Of a DNA stretch of 64,000 bases, positions 1 through 9,652 are shown one piece after another; positions within the stretch are counted from its first letter, which is position 1, and the number at the start of each line of letters is the position of its first letter. The notes beneath the pieces are model-generated. The model saw nothing but the letters and a program-made list of their open reading frames with translations. It was not told the origin of the DNA and searched no databases. The DNA is from Candidatus Delongbacteria bacterium (GTDB taxonomy: Bacteria > UBA4055): the NCBI GenBank assembly GCA_016937995.1, contig JAFGVM010000031.1:19-64018 (forward strand), read 5' to 3'. The position numbers were made by a program, and so were the translations under genes.

Positions 1-148
1 TAATGGTGATGATGTGCTTCTTTTCGGCAAGGAAGATAATGATGAACTCAGATTAGAAGAGCTTTGTGATAAGATTGGAACTATCCCATATGAGATATTA
101 ACAATGATATCGAGTCGGGTACCGAGGGTGGTTGTAAATAAGATGTAG
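1..148 (+). CDS. alr: Alanine racemase, C-terminal fragment (gene runs off the window start)
   Basis: Frame 2 reads NGDDVLLFG...KIGTIPYEILTMISSRVPRVVVNKM* (TAG at 146-148), the typical Alr C-terminal GTIxYEI...RVPR motif. Not in the ORF track. Confidence 0.9.
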   Translation, partial: NGDDVLLFGKEDNDELRLEELCDKIGTIPYEILTMISSRVPRVVVNKM

Positions 149-164
149 AAAGATAATTGATAAT

Positions 165-190
165 GTAGGGGACGATTTCTTTTCTTCCCC
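165..190 (+). repeat. GTAG-type REP hairpin
   Basis: GTAG-GGGACGA-TTTCTTT-TCTTCCCC. Near-identical copy at 3573-3598. Confidence 0.7.
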
Positions 191-215
191 AAGAAAATAA
201 AAAATAGGTAATAGA

Positions 216-1499
216 ATGGAAACAAAAAGATGTCCTTACTGTGCTGAAGAAATTTTAGTTGAAGCAATTAAGTGTAAACACTGTGGAGAATTTCTTAAAG
301 AAGAAGTAAATACAAATGTCGTTAAAGTTGATTTAGGGAATAAAAAATTATCAACAAAAACAGAAGTAAGTAACTTTACACTAGTTTTATACGCTGCGAT
401 GAACACATTTACTGGTATTTTGTTTTTTATAATTGGATTTATAGTTTTATTTAATTCATTCAAAGGTGGTTTGTGTTATATTTTAATTTCCTTATTATTA
501 TTACCTCCATCAAGGAAGTTTGTATATTCAAAAACTAAAATAGTCATATCTCAAAATGTTAGGAGTTATTCAGTACTAGTGCTGTTTATTGCTTCTTTTA
601 TTTTTATAGGTTTAAGTAGTAGTGCTAAATCAGAAGAATTAGCTAGGCAAAAAGCGAAAGAGAAGGCTGAAAATATAGCTAAAATTGAAAGAGCTAATAT
701 ACAATATTTCAATTCAAATAAACAAACTATAATAGCAGAGTTGAATGATTCTTTAAAATCAAAAAATTATTCATATATAATTAACATATCAAAAAAATAC
801 ATTAAATCTGGTGATAAAGAGCTCATATTTGTTGACTCAATTGCAAGAACTAATCTAGCTGTAATTCAAAAAATGGAAAAAACAAGTAGATTACTATCAG
901 AATTAAAAAAACTTTCATCAACAGATTATACAAAATTGTATGGTATTTACTCACAGTTAGTCAAAATGTATCCTGATAATAAGGACTATAAAACAAATCT
1001 TGATATTGTTGGCAAGAAGAAAAAAGAAGCTGATAAACAAAAAAAGATTAATAATATTTTAGCACAATTAAAAAAAATACCATCTAGTGAATATCAAAAG
1101 AATAAAAATTTATATCAACAGTTAGTAATTTTAGATCCAAAAAATAAAACTTATCAAGACAAAGTGAAGCATTATACTGCTAAGATTGAACAAAAAAAAG
1201 AAAATATCGAATTTGAAAAGAAACGAAGGCAAGTTGTAGAATCAAGAAAGGAAAGAATCGAAGGTCAATTCAGTGTATGGGATGGCTCTCACAGGAACCT
1301 AGAAAAATTAATAAAAAAATCTATGAACGATCCAAACAGTTACGAGCATGTTGACACAGGTTATAGTGATAAGGGAAGTTATCTTTTAGTTCAAACTTTA
1401 TATAGAGGAAAGAATGGTTTTGGAGGAGTAGTAACTGAGAAAATTACTGCTAAAGTAAGTTTAGGTGGAACAGTTTTAGAAATTATAGATAATTATTAA
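216..1499 (+). CDS. Hypothetical membrane protein with N-terminal zinc ribbon
   Basis: CPYC...CKHC zinc ribbon, 2-3 hydrophobic segments, a Lys-rich helical region and a C-terminal MNDPxSYEH...NGFGG domain. Confidence 0.75.
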   Translation: METKRCPYCAEEILVEAIKCKHCGEFLKEEVNTNVVKVDLGNKKLSTKTEVSNFTLVLYAAMNTFTGILFFIIGFIVLFNSFKGGLCYILISLLLLPPSRKFVYSKTKIVISQNVRSYSVLVLFIASFIFIGLSSSAKSEELARQKAKEKAENIAKIERANIQYFNSNKQTIIAELNDSLKSKNYSYIINISKKYIKSGDKELIFVDSIARTNLAVIQKMEKTSRLLSELKKLSSTDYTKLYGIYSQLVKMYPDNKDYKTNLDIVGKKKKEADKQKKINNILAQLKKIPSSEYQKNKNLYQQLVILDPKNKTYQDKVKHYTAKIEQKKENIEFEKKRRQVVESRKERIEGQFSVWDGSHRNLEKLIKKSMNDPNSYEHVDTGYSDKGSYLLVQTLYRGKNGFGGVVTEKITAKVSLGGTVLEIIDNY

Positions 1500-1500
1500 T

Positions 1501-2899
1501 ATGAAAAATTGGCAAGAGCAATTAGGTGTAGAAATAACATCTAAATCAAAAATCAGTAAAATTGTAAGGAATACTGATGATTACTATGTTTATATACTTT
1601 GGAAAATGTATAAAAGCTCTCCAATCCCGTTTTATGTTGGAAAAGGTCATATAGATAGAGTAATTAAGCATGAAATGGCAAGTGAGATAAATTCTAATAT
1701 TCATAAGTCAAATATCATCAAAAAGCATGAAAAATTACAAGTAAAGCTAGGTTATTCAATAGTTCAATTTTATAAGAAAGAAGAATATGCTTTTAAGAAA
1801 GAAGAAGACTTAATAGCGCTTATTGGTAGGTATGATCAAGACCAAGGACCTTTAGCAAATAAAACCGATGGTGGAGATGGATCAAAAGGACATTTAGCCA
1901 AGAAAGGTGGTGATAGTGCATCTGCAAAGCCACTCTATGCAAAAAATGTCAGATATTCGTGTTTGAAAGAAGCTGGAGAAGCTTTTGGTGTTGATCCTGG
2001 TACAATTGGTGCAAGGATAAAAACAGGATGGGACGGTTATTATTTTGAAGGTGAAAAACAAAGAAAACCGTCAAAAAATATTACAGGTAAGTATAGGAAA
2101 CCTGTTGTAGTAGAAGGTAAAGAATTTATTTCAACTTCTGAAGCTAGCAGGACACTTAGAATTGATGTACGGAGAATAAGTAAAAGAATTAAATACGGTT
2201 GGGAAGGATATTATTATAAGGAAAAAGGTCAGCTACCAAGAAAAACTTTATGGAGTGATAGAAAAGATAAAGCAGGTGTAATTATTAATGGTAAAAATTA
2301 TTCAACAACTGCTGAAGCATCAAGAGAAACTGGTGAGTCTTATTCAAAAATAAGAAAAAGAAGCCTCAGCTCGAATTCGCCTGAATATAAAAGAATTGAT
2401 GGTATAATTATAAATAAGAAATCCTGTTCAAGTAAATGTAAAAGGTGTCATATATAAATCTGCATCAGAGGCAGCAAAAAATCTAAGAGTATCGAGACAA
2501 ACAGTTATTAACAGATGTAGAAATACTAACGAAAAGGAATGGAATTTCGTGAACATTAATCACAAAGTAAATCTTTTTACTCCAAAATTTAGTTCTAAAC
2601 CTATAAAAGTAACAATAGATGGAATATTATACTCAAGTTATAGTGAAGCTGCTAAGGATAAAAGTGTAGACATTAATACTATTAAACATTGGTGTAAAAG
2701 TGCGTCTTTTCCTAATTGTTTCAGTGATAAAATTAAGAAAGAACAACCAAAAGATGGTAAACCGGGACTGATAAAGATCGTAATTGATGGAGTTTTATAT
2801 CGTTCCATAAGTGAAGCTAGCAGAAAATTAGAAATTCCAAGAGCTGAAATTAAAAGAAAATTAAAATCTGAGGAATTCCCAAACTATAAACAGATTTAA
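1501..2899 (+). pseudogene. GIY-YIG-like endonuclease with six NUMOD1-like HTH repeats, split by a +1 frameshift near 2414-2422
   Basis: YYVYIL...FYVGKG...R...E...LANKTDGGDG catalytic domain. The +1 frame is open from 2414 and reads NPVQVNVKGVIYKSASEAAKNLRVSRQTVINRC, continuing in frame into ORF 2549-2899. Confidence 0.75.
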
Positions 2900-2917
2900 A
2901 ATTTGAAAGTATTAAAT

Positions 2918-2951
2918 ATATAAACAGTGAAAGAGTTCTGGGCTTAGATCA
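2918..2951 (+). repeat. Duplicate of the mutS2 5' coding sequence
   Basis: ATATAAACAGTGAAAGAGTTCTGGG at 2918-2942 is identical to 3683-3707. The match continues to GATCA with 2 mismatches. Confidence 0.85.
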
Positions 2952-3098
2952 TTCGTAATAACCATGTAAATCTACAACTGCTGTTGTAAAATTACATGGA
3001 TAAATTGGAATACACTCCAATAAATGATAAGATGATTTTAATGATTTGATTCGAAAGGGAAATTTTTGTATATTGAAATACAAAGTAGAGAGGAAAAT

Positions 3099-3305
3099 AT
3101 GAACAAAGTTATATCAGATAAAAAGATGAAATTAATGCTGAAAGAGATCATTATTGATTTTATACATGAAAAGAATGAAGACTTTTATGAATTATTAGTT
3201 TCAGCATTTGAAGATGCTGGTATGTATAAAGCAATCGACGAAGGCAGGAAAAAGTCATATGTAAGTGAGAAAGATGTCGATTGTATACTTGGTGGGAAAA
3301 AGTGA
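3099..3305 (+). CDS. Putative antitoxin of a RelE/ParE-type TA pair
   Basis: Small ORF (MNKVISDKK..., GAGG RBS) ending EDAGMYKAIDEGRKKSYVSE. Its stop overlaps the toxin start (GTGA). Confidence 0.7.
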   Translation: MNKVISDKKMKLMLKEIIIDFIHEKNEDFYELLVSAFEDAGMYKAIDEGRKKSYVSEKDVDCILGGKK

Positions 3306-3568
3306 AAATATTATTTGAGACTTCTTTCGCTAAGGATTTAAAAAATATTAATGACTCTAAAGTTTTCAGTAAAGTGAAGGATTTGATCGCCGAAGTTAAA
3401 CAAGCGGATAATTTAGCAGATATAAATAATGTTAAAAAACTTCACGGTTCAAAAGATTATTTTAGGATCCGTTTAGGGAATTACAGAATTGGATTTGAAC
3501 TTTCAGAAGACACAATAATATTTGTGCGTATTTTACATAGAAAAGATATTTATAAGCGTTTTCCGTAA
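3302..3568 (+). CDS. RelE/ParE family toxin
   Basis: F..SF.KDL...VKKLHG...YFRIRLGNYRIGF...FVRILHRKDIYKRFP is typical of RelE/StbE. GTG start at 3302 overlaps the antitoxin stop. Confidence 0.9.
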   Translation: MKILFETSFAKDLKNINDSKVFSKVKDLIAEVKQADNLADINNVKKLHGSKDYFRIRLGNYRIGFELSEDTIIFVRILHRKDIYKRFP

Positions 3569-3572
3569 CAAT

Positions 3573-3598
3573 GTAGAGGACGATTTCTTTTCGTCCCC
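3573..3598 (+). repeat. GTAG-type REP hairpin
   Basis: GTAGAGGACGA-TTTCTTT-TCGTCCCC. Copy of 165-190. Confidence 0.7.
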
Positions 3599-3614
3599 TC
3601 TTTTAAAAAGATGT

Positions 3615-3650
3615 TGATCCCCGGTTCTGGTTACCAGCCCGAGGATGACA
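3615..3650 (+). repeat. Short palindromic repeat (GATCC...GGATGACA type)
   Basis: GATCCCCGGTTCTGGTTACCAGCCCGAGGATGACA. A similar element lies at about 47087-47119. Confidence 0.45.
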
Positions 3651-3675
3651 GCAAACAACAAAGGAACATAACATA

Positions 3676-6021
3676 ATGAAAGATATAAACAGTGAAAGAG
3701 TTCTGGGTTTTGATCAGATCAGAGAAAAGCTTAGTTCATATGCAACTTCCGTTAGAGGGAAGAAGGAAGCTGCAGAATTGGAATTGTCGGAAGATATTCG
3801 AATTATTCTGTCCGACATGGACCTGGTTACAGAGATGAAAAGATGTAATTCCGAGTCTAGTTTTCCAATACACGGAGTAAAGGATATTGATGAGGCAGTT
3901 GCTCAGTTAAGATCACCAGATCAGCTGACTGAACCTATCAATCTATATAACATTGCATCAACATTAGCTGTAGCAAGGAAAATATACTCGTTCATTTATT
4001 CAAAGATTGATAAATATCCGAGTATTTTCGAGATCTGTGACGAGCTTGAAGTATTCGAAGATGTCGAAGAAAGAATATTAAGATCAATTGATACTGACGG
4101 AACGGTTTTAGACAGTGCATCAAAAGAATTAAAGTCTATCCGTGGCAAGATATCTGCTGCCGAGAATAAACTGAGAAAAAAGACCGCTCAGGTATATGAT
4201 CAATATTCAAAGGACGGGTATGCCAGAGACGGTGAAGTAACTTTCAGGAACGGTAGATTCGTTATTCCTGTTAAAGCTGAAAAAAGAAATAAAGTGAATG
4301 GAATTGTAATTGATGAAAGTGCCACCGGAAGTACAGTTTTCATTGAGCCATTTGAATCGATAGAAATAAATTCCGAGCTTGAAAAGCTTCACAGAGAAGA
4401 AAGAAAAGAAATTGACAGGATTATCAGATCACTTGTTGCTTCTGTATGGGAAGTTAAAGATGAGATACTTTCGAATTCAGAGATCCTTGCAGAGCTGGAT
4501 GTTATATTTGCTAAAGCAAAATTCTCAATAAAATACCACTGTAATCATGTAAAAGTGAACACAAAAAATATTGTAAATATCTATCACGGACTTCATCCGT
4601 TACTTGTTGATTCTCACGGAATAAAAGATGTCGTGGCACTGGATCTTGAGATAGGTGAAAAATTCAATTCAATGATAATAACAGGACCAAATGCCGGGGG
4701 GAAAACTGTTACTCTGAAAACTATAGGTTTATTTTGTATGATGGTCAGAGCAGGAATGCATGTTCCTGCACAGAGTAATTCAAACATTGGTGTTTTTACA
4801 GAGATATTCACTGATATAGGCGACGGTCAATCCATAGAAAATGATCTATCCACTTTCAGTTCACACATTACAAAATTAAGTGCGGTCTTAAGGACAAAAA
4901 CTCAGGATACTTTAGTACTGCTTGATGAAATAGGTGCTTCAACTGATCCTGCTGAAGGAGCAAGTCTTTCAATGGCAATAATTTCAGAGCTTACGAAAAG
5001 AAAGTTCATTACTATTGCAACAACTCACCAGGGAATTTTGAAGTCTTACGCTTACCAGACTAAAGGTGTTTCCAACGGGTCAATGGAGTTCGATAAAAAA
5101 AATATTTCTCCGACATATAAATTCAGAGCAGGATTGCCTGGATCAAGCTATGCTTTTGAAATTTCAAAAAGGCACGGACTTCCAAAGTATATTATTGATA
5201 AAGCAAGAGTTCACCTTGGAAAAGACAAAGAAAATCTTGAAGGATTGATCTCTGAACTGGATGAAAAGATCACCAAATATAACAAGCAGATATTAGAGTC
5301 AAAGTCTGTAAATACTCAGCTGAAAGATCTAAAAGAGCATTATGATAAGAAATTCAATGAACTTCAAAAGAATGAAAAAAAGATCATGCGTGATGCTGCT
5401 AAGAAAGCTAAGGAAGTTATCGCTCAGTCAAATAAAATGATCGAAAATGCTGTCAGTGAAATAAAATCAAACAAAGCAGATAAGGAAGTTGTAAAAAAAG
5501 TCCGTGAGAATATTGAAAAAGAAGAACGAAAATTAAATATACTGAATGAAGTTCCTGATCCAAGAAAAAGTTACGATGGAGAGCTCAAAGTCGGAATGGA
5601 AGTTGAGGTTAAGAACTTTTCCAGCACCGGGATCATTAACGGGGTCAAAGGTAATAACATAGAAGTTACCATCGGTGACATTAATCTTAGGATAAAAAGA
5701 GATCAAATCCTTTCAGTCGTTAACGTTAAGCAAAAAGATATCGATGTCAGTGTAAGTTACACACCTACACCTGACACTGCCAAGCTGGTTTTAGATCTAA
5801 GAGGTAAAAGGGGAGATGAGGCTGTTGCTATGCTTGAGAAACATATTGAAGATATGATCTTGAACAATCTTAATTTTTCTGAGATAATCCATGGGAAAGG
5901 TGAAGGAATATTGTCTAAATTGGTCAACGAATACCTTATGAAAAATCCTCATGTAAAACGAAAAAAATTCGGAGAATACGGGGAAGGGGATTACGGTGTT
6001 ACAGTCATCGAATTGAAATAG
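3676..6021 (+). CDS. mutS2: Endonuclease MutS2
   Basis: ITGPNAGGKT Walker A, DIGDGQSIENDLSTFSSH, LLDEIG Walker B, coiled coil and C-terminal Smr domain (LDLRG...IIHGKGEG). Confidence 0.97.
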   Translation: MKDINSERVLGFDQIREKLSSYATSVRGKKEAAELELSEDIRIILSDMDLVTEMKRCNSESSFPIHGVKDIDEAVAQLRSPDQLTEPINLYNIASTLAVARKIYSFIYSKIDKYPSIFEICDELEVFEDVEERILRSIDTDGTVLDSASKELKSIRGKISAAENKLRKKTAQVYDQYSKDGYARDGEVTFRNGRFVIPVKAEKRNKVNGIVIDESATGSTVFIEPFESIEINSELEKLHREERKEIDRIIRSLVASVWEVKDEILSNSEILAELDVIFAKAKFSIKYHCNHVKVNTKNIVNIYHGLHPLLVDSHGIKDVVALDLEIGEKFNSMIITGPNAGGKTVTLKTIGLFCMMVRAGMHVPAQSNSNIGVFTEIFTDIGDGQSIENDLSTFSSHITKLSAVLRTKTQDTLVLLDEIGASTDPAEGASLSMAIISELTKRKFITIATTHQGILKSYAYQTKGVSNGSMEFDKKNISPTYKFRAGLPGSSYAFEISKRHGLPKYIIDKARVHLGKDKENLEGLISELDEKITKYNKQILESKSVNTQLKDLKEHYDKKFNELQKNEKKIMRDAAKKAKEVIAQSNKMIENAVSEIKSNKADKEVVKKVRENIEKEERKLNILNEVPDPRKSYDGELKVGMEVEVKNFSSTGIINGVKGNNIEVTIGDINLRIKRDQILSVVNVKQKDIDVSVSYTPTPDTAKLVLDLRGKRGDEAVAMLEKHIEDMILNNLNFSEIIHGKGEGILSKLVNEYLMKNPHVKRKKFGEYGEGDYGVTVIELK

Positions 6022-6096
6022 GAAACTTAGGAATGCATTCCTCAAATCAATAACCAATGTCCAACACGTCCCGATTGATCGGGACAATTTCCAAGT

Positions 6097-6125
6097 GAGG
6101 GTCGATTTTTTAGACCCTATTTTAT
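6097..6125 (+). terminator. Probable intrinsic terminator after mutS2
   Basis: AGGGTC-GATTTTTTA-GACCCT followed by ATTTTT. Confidence 0.5.
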
Positions 6126-6251
6126 CTAAAATAACACTTGATATATCACTATATTGTGGTATGTTACCCTTAGAATAATTGATGCTGTGTTAAGGTCCTG
6201 TATTAATGTGGAACAGATCAAATTTGCATAAATTAAAAAAATAAGAGAAAT

Positions 6252-8237
6252 ATGATGAATGTAAAATTTCGTAAAGCAGAAATTGAAGATATTCTTTTCC
6301 TTAATGAATTGGAAAAACTTTCCTTCCCTGCAAATAGACAGAACAGCATTAGTTCTCTAAGATTAAGTATAATCAGTCCTTTCCAGGAAGTGTGGATAGT
6401 GGAACTGAAAAAAAATAATGAAATTTTCAAAACAGCAGCGACTGTACTTTATCCATATAAAAAAACATTAAGGATATTTTCAATAGCTGTGATGCCTGAA
6501 TTTAAAGGAGAAGGTATAGGGCATAAATTATTGGAAGAAATAATTCAAACAGCAAAAAGAAAAGGATATCTTGCAGTATCTCTTGAAGCTGATGCAAATA
6601 ATGAAAAACTGGTAAAATGGTACTCAGATCATGGGTTTATTCTGGATAAGAAACTTCTGGATTACTATTCATCGAATGAAGACGCATTCAGAATGGTAAA
6701 GTATCTCGAAGATACAGATTTTATTCAAAGTAATAAAAAGATCTCCAATGTTAGAAATTTTATAGTAGTTGACAATGTTAATAAATGGTCATTTGATATT
6801 GAAACTGCTGAAGTGATCTCAGCTAAAGATTATCTGTCCGACACAAAGTATCAGAATATTAATAATGCCAGAATATTTAATATGTGTAATTCCTACAGAT
6901 ATCAGTCCTTAGGATATTATGTTTCTCTGCTTGCTGCTGCCAGAGATCATAGGTCAATGCCCAATGTAACTACAATAAGGGACTTTACGGATCTTTCGAT
7001 CATAAGAAATATTGCTGACGACATTGATGAAATAATTCAGACAAGCTTAAAGGGACTTGAAGAAAATCAGTATACACTTGATATCTGTTTTGGTAAAACA
7101 TCTGAAAAGCAGATGACAAAACTTGCAAAAGAGCTGTACCAGCTTTTTGAATCACCACTTCTAAGAGTTGTCTTTATTAAAACAAAAGAATGGAGTATAA
7201 AAAAAATATCTCCAATTTCACTTGATTCACTTAAAAACTTAGATATTGAAGATATTCAGAGATTTGCAAAAGAGTATTTCAATCAGAAAAGATTTAAAAG
7301 AAAGAGGTTCAAACATTATAAATATGATCTGGCTATAATGATAGATCCTGATGAAAAGTATCCGCCTTCGGATAAAAAGGCCCTTGAATTGTTTAAAAAA
7401 GCAGCTGAAGAAGTAGGTTTTTATACTGAATTCATTACAAGATCAGATTATGACAGACTTCCCGAATTTGATGCTTTATTCATTAGGGAAACAACAACAG
7501 TAAATGATTATACCTATCTGTTTTCAAGAAGAGCTTATGCTGAAGGACTTGTTGTAATAGACGATCCGTGGTCAATAGTAAAGTGTTCAAATAAAATGTA
7601 TCTATATGAAAGAATGATAAAAAGCAGAATGTTAATTCCCAAAACATGGATGTTAAGTAAAGGTATGAAATTTGAGACAATGATAGATGAGGTAAATTTT
7701 CCGTTAGTACTCAAACAACCTGACGGAAGTTTTTCCAAAGGTATGTATAAAGTGAATAATTTAAACGAGATGAAGGAGTCGTTGAAATTAATGTATAAAA
7801 CTTCTGATCTTATAGTTGCCCAGGAATTTTTAAAATCAGATTTTGACTGGAGGATCGGTGCTTTGGATGGTAATCCTCTTTTCGCATCAAAATATTATAT
7901 GGCAAGAGGTCACTGGCAGATCTATAATTGGGACAGTGAGGATAATGATGATCTTCATTCCGGTGATTTTGAGACAATCCCTGTAGATAAAGTTCCTTTA
8001 AATGTAATAACCACTGCTATAAAAGCATGTTCACTGATAGGTGACGGACTTTACGGTGTGGATCTAAAAGAAGTAGACGGGAAAGTATATGTTATTGAAA
8101 TAAATGACAATCCGAACATTGATCATGAAATCGAAGATATTGTTCTGGGTTATGAATTGTATCTCAGGGTGATGAGATCAATTTATGACAGGATCGAAAA
8201 GCAGAGGGGTGGAGAGGCCCGTTTAGTTTCATTATAA
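6252..8237 (+). CDS. GNAT acetyltransferase fused to an RLAN + RimK-like ATP-grasp ligase
   Basis: N-terminal GNAT (SIAVMPEFKGEGIG), then NMCNSYRYQSLGYYVSLLAAARDH (RLAN), then ATP-grasp motifs (VLKQPDGSFSKG, DWRIG, GVDLK...VIEINDNP). Confidence 0.88.
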   Translation: MMNVKFRKAEIEDILFLNELEKLSFPANRQNSISSLRLSIISPFQEVWIVELKKNNEIFKTAATVLYPYKKTLRIFSIAVMPEFKGEGIGHKLLEEIIQTAKRKGYLAVSLEADANNEKLVKWYSDHGFILDKKLLDYYSSNEDAFRMVKYLEDTDFIQSNKKISNVRNFIVVDNVNKWSFDIETAEVISAKDYLSDTKYQNINNARIFNMCNSYRYQSLGYYVSLLAAARDHRSMPNVTTIRDFTDLSIIRNIADDIDEIIQTSLKGLEENQYTLDICFGKTSEKQMTKLAKELYQLFESPLLRVVFIKTKEWSIKKISPISLDSLKNLDIEDIQRFAKEYFNQKRFKRKRFKHYKYDLAIMIDPDEKYPPSDKKALELFKKAAEEVGFYTEFITRSDYDRLPEFDALFIRETTTVNDYTYLFSRRAYAEGLVVIDDPWSIVKCSNKMYLYERMIKSRMLIPKTWMLSKGMKFETMIDEVNFPLVLKQPDGSFSKGMYKVNNLNEMKESLKLMYKTSDLIVAQEFLKSDFDWRIGALDGNPLFASKYYMARGHWQIYNWDSEDNDDLHSGDFETIPVDKVPLNVITTAIKACSLIGDGLYGVDLKEVDGKVYVIEINDNPNIDHEIEDIVLGYELYLRVMRSIYDRIEKQRGGEARLVSL

Positions 8238-8257
8238 TAAAAATATCTAAACGTGTA

Positions 8258-8286
8258 GTAGGTGACGCAGATCTGCGTCACCCTAC
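8258..8286. repeat. GTAG-type REP palindrome
   Basis: GTAGGTGACGCAGATCTGCGTCACCCTAC. Confidence 0.7.
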
Positions 8287-8291
8287 GAAAT

Positions 8292-8323
8292 AAAAAATGC
8301 CTGATTAATCAGGCATTTTTTTT
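8292..8323. terminator. Bidirectional intrinsic terminator between the ligase gene and ssrA
   Basis: AAAAAATGCCTGATTAATCAGGCATTTTTTTT. Confidence 0.85.
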
Positions 8324-8324
8324 G

Positions 8325-8677
8325 TGGAGATGAGGGGAGTTGAACCCCTGTCCGAAAAAGCATTCATAAGAACGTCTACATGCTTAGTCTATTCTTGAAT
8401 TTCGCCTAAAGAGCTCCGATAAGACAAGGTACTCGATAAACTATCCCGATAAATCGCACTCTTCACCCTCAGGAGAGGATCAGAGCAAACCTATTCAAAT
8501 GGCGTCCATCCAACAAAGGAATAGGAACTCTGGAGGTGGACGAGCTACCTTCTAGGCAGCTAATGCGTAATTATTATTAGCATTTATCAGTTTCACAAGA
8601 CCTTTAACGATTTACTTGTGGTGATCGACATGCAGTTCAAACCAATGATCAATCCCGTCGAATCCAGAAACATCCCC
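8325..8677 (-). ncRNA. ssrA: tmRNA (SsrA), tag peptide (A)ANNNYALAA
   Basis: Minus strand starts GGGGATGTTTCTGGATTCGAC and ends GACAGGGGTTCAACTCCCCTCATCTCCA. Internal GCT AAT AAT AAT TAC GCA TTA GCT GCC TAG. CCA is not fully encoded. Confidence 0.97.
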
Positions 8678-8763
8678 TGGATCGTGTTAAATATACTTAA
8701 GAGATTATCATTTTACAAGGAGTAAAATCATATAAGGAGTAGTTGTTATTGACAAGGAGTAAT

Positions 8764-8790
8764 AAAAAAAGGCTGTATGGATACAGCCTT
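8764..8790 (-). terminator. Intrinsic terminator after the CBS gene
   Basis: AAAAAAAGGCTGTATGGATACAGCCTT. Confidence 0.8.
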
Positions 8791-8814
8791 AAATTAAAAA
8801 TGTTGGTCTATTTC

Positions 8815-9306
8815 TTAAGATTGACCACCAGTGATGTAGTCATTAAGCAGTTTGTTGTTTTTTCTTGCTGCATCAAGTAGGAACTTAATCGCATCTCCGA
8901 TAGAAAGGATACCCACGATCTTACCATTATCTTCGATAGGAATGTGGCGAATTCTTTCTTCTGTCATCTTTTCCATTAAATTTTCAAGAGTATCCTCTTT
9001 TTTACATGTATGGATATTCTCTACGAGGGTCATGTACTGCTTAACTTTCAACTCTTTTAATCCTTTTTCTTTTAGTCCTGTAACCCCAAGTTCCTTTCTT
9101 TCAAGTTGAGTCATTCTTTCTGAAACTTTACAAATACTTAAAATGTCCTTTTCAGTAATAATTCCAACAAATACATCATTGTCGTAGATAAGTACTGCGC
9201 TGATGTTCTCATCAAGCATTTGATTCATTACCTCGCAAAGAGAATTTTCAGGTGAAGCAGTGTGTAATGTAGTATTTTTCGATTCTAACATTTTTTGAAC
9301 TTTCAT
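8815..9306 (-). CDS. CBS-pair domain protein
   Basis: ISAVLI...VGIITEKD and MTEERIRHIPI...VGILSIGD CBS motifs. Confidence 0.92.
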   Translation of the reverse strand: MKVQKMLESKNTTLHTASPENSLCEVMNQMLDENISAVLIYDNDVFVGIITEKDILSICKVSERMTQLERKELGVTGLKEKGLKELKVKQYMTLVENIHTCKKEDTLENLMEKMTEERIRHIPIEDNGKIVGILSIGDAIKFLLDAARKNNKLLNDYITGGQS

Positions 9307-9546
9307 GATTGCTCCTTTTCTTCAATATATTTAGTTTCATTGTTTACTGGTCGATAATTTTAATCCTCAAACGTAATGTAATACTATATACAGCACAAAA
9401 TCAAGAAAAAATAAAATAAATAAAACATTTATAATAAACAGGAATAATTTTCAATCATTTTGAATTAGAATTATCGTTGAATTAATCAAAAATTTACCCT
9501 AAAATGCAAATAGGGATTTCCTTTTAAAAAAAGCTTAAAAAAAAAC

Positions 9547-9597
9547 TTGACAAGTATGAACTGTTTTTATAATTTCTAACTGTGAAAAAAATCACGA
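9547..9597 (+). promoter_or_regulatory. hydA promoter with Rex-like operator
   Basis: TTGACA at 9547-9552, TATAAT at 9568-9573 (or TAATTT at 17 bp spacing), then CTGTGAA-AAAA-ATCACGA at 9580-9597, resembling TTGTGAA-N4-TTCACAA. Confidence 0.55.
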
Positions 9598-9652
9598 ATA
9601 TTAATGTATAGATAATTATATTGTTAATAAAGCCAAATAATAGGAGTATTAA

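Noticed and set aside
6068-6085. GTCCCGATTGATCGGGAC palindrome (similar at about 36456 and 47093) as a regulator site
   Set aside because: The copies at 6068 and 36456 sit downstream of genes and the 47093 copy is inside another repeat, so a short repeat family fits better than an operator.
8325-8345. tmRNA (and tRNA-Val) 3' end as an island attachment site
   Set aside because: No duplicated 3' end or integrase was seen near either gene.
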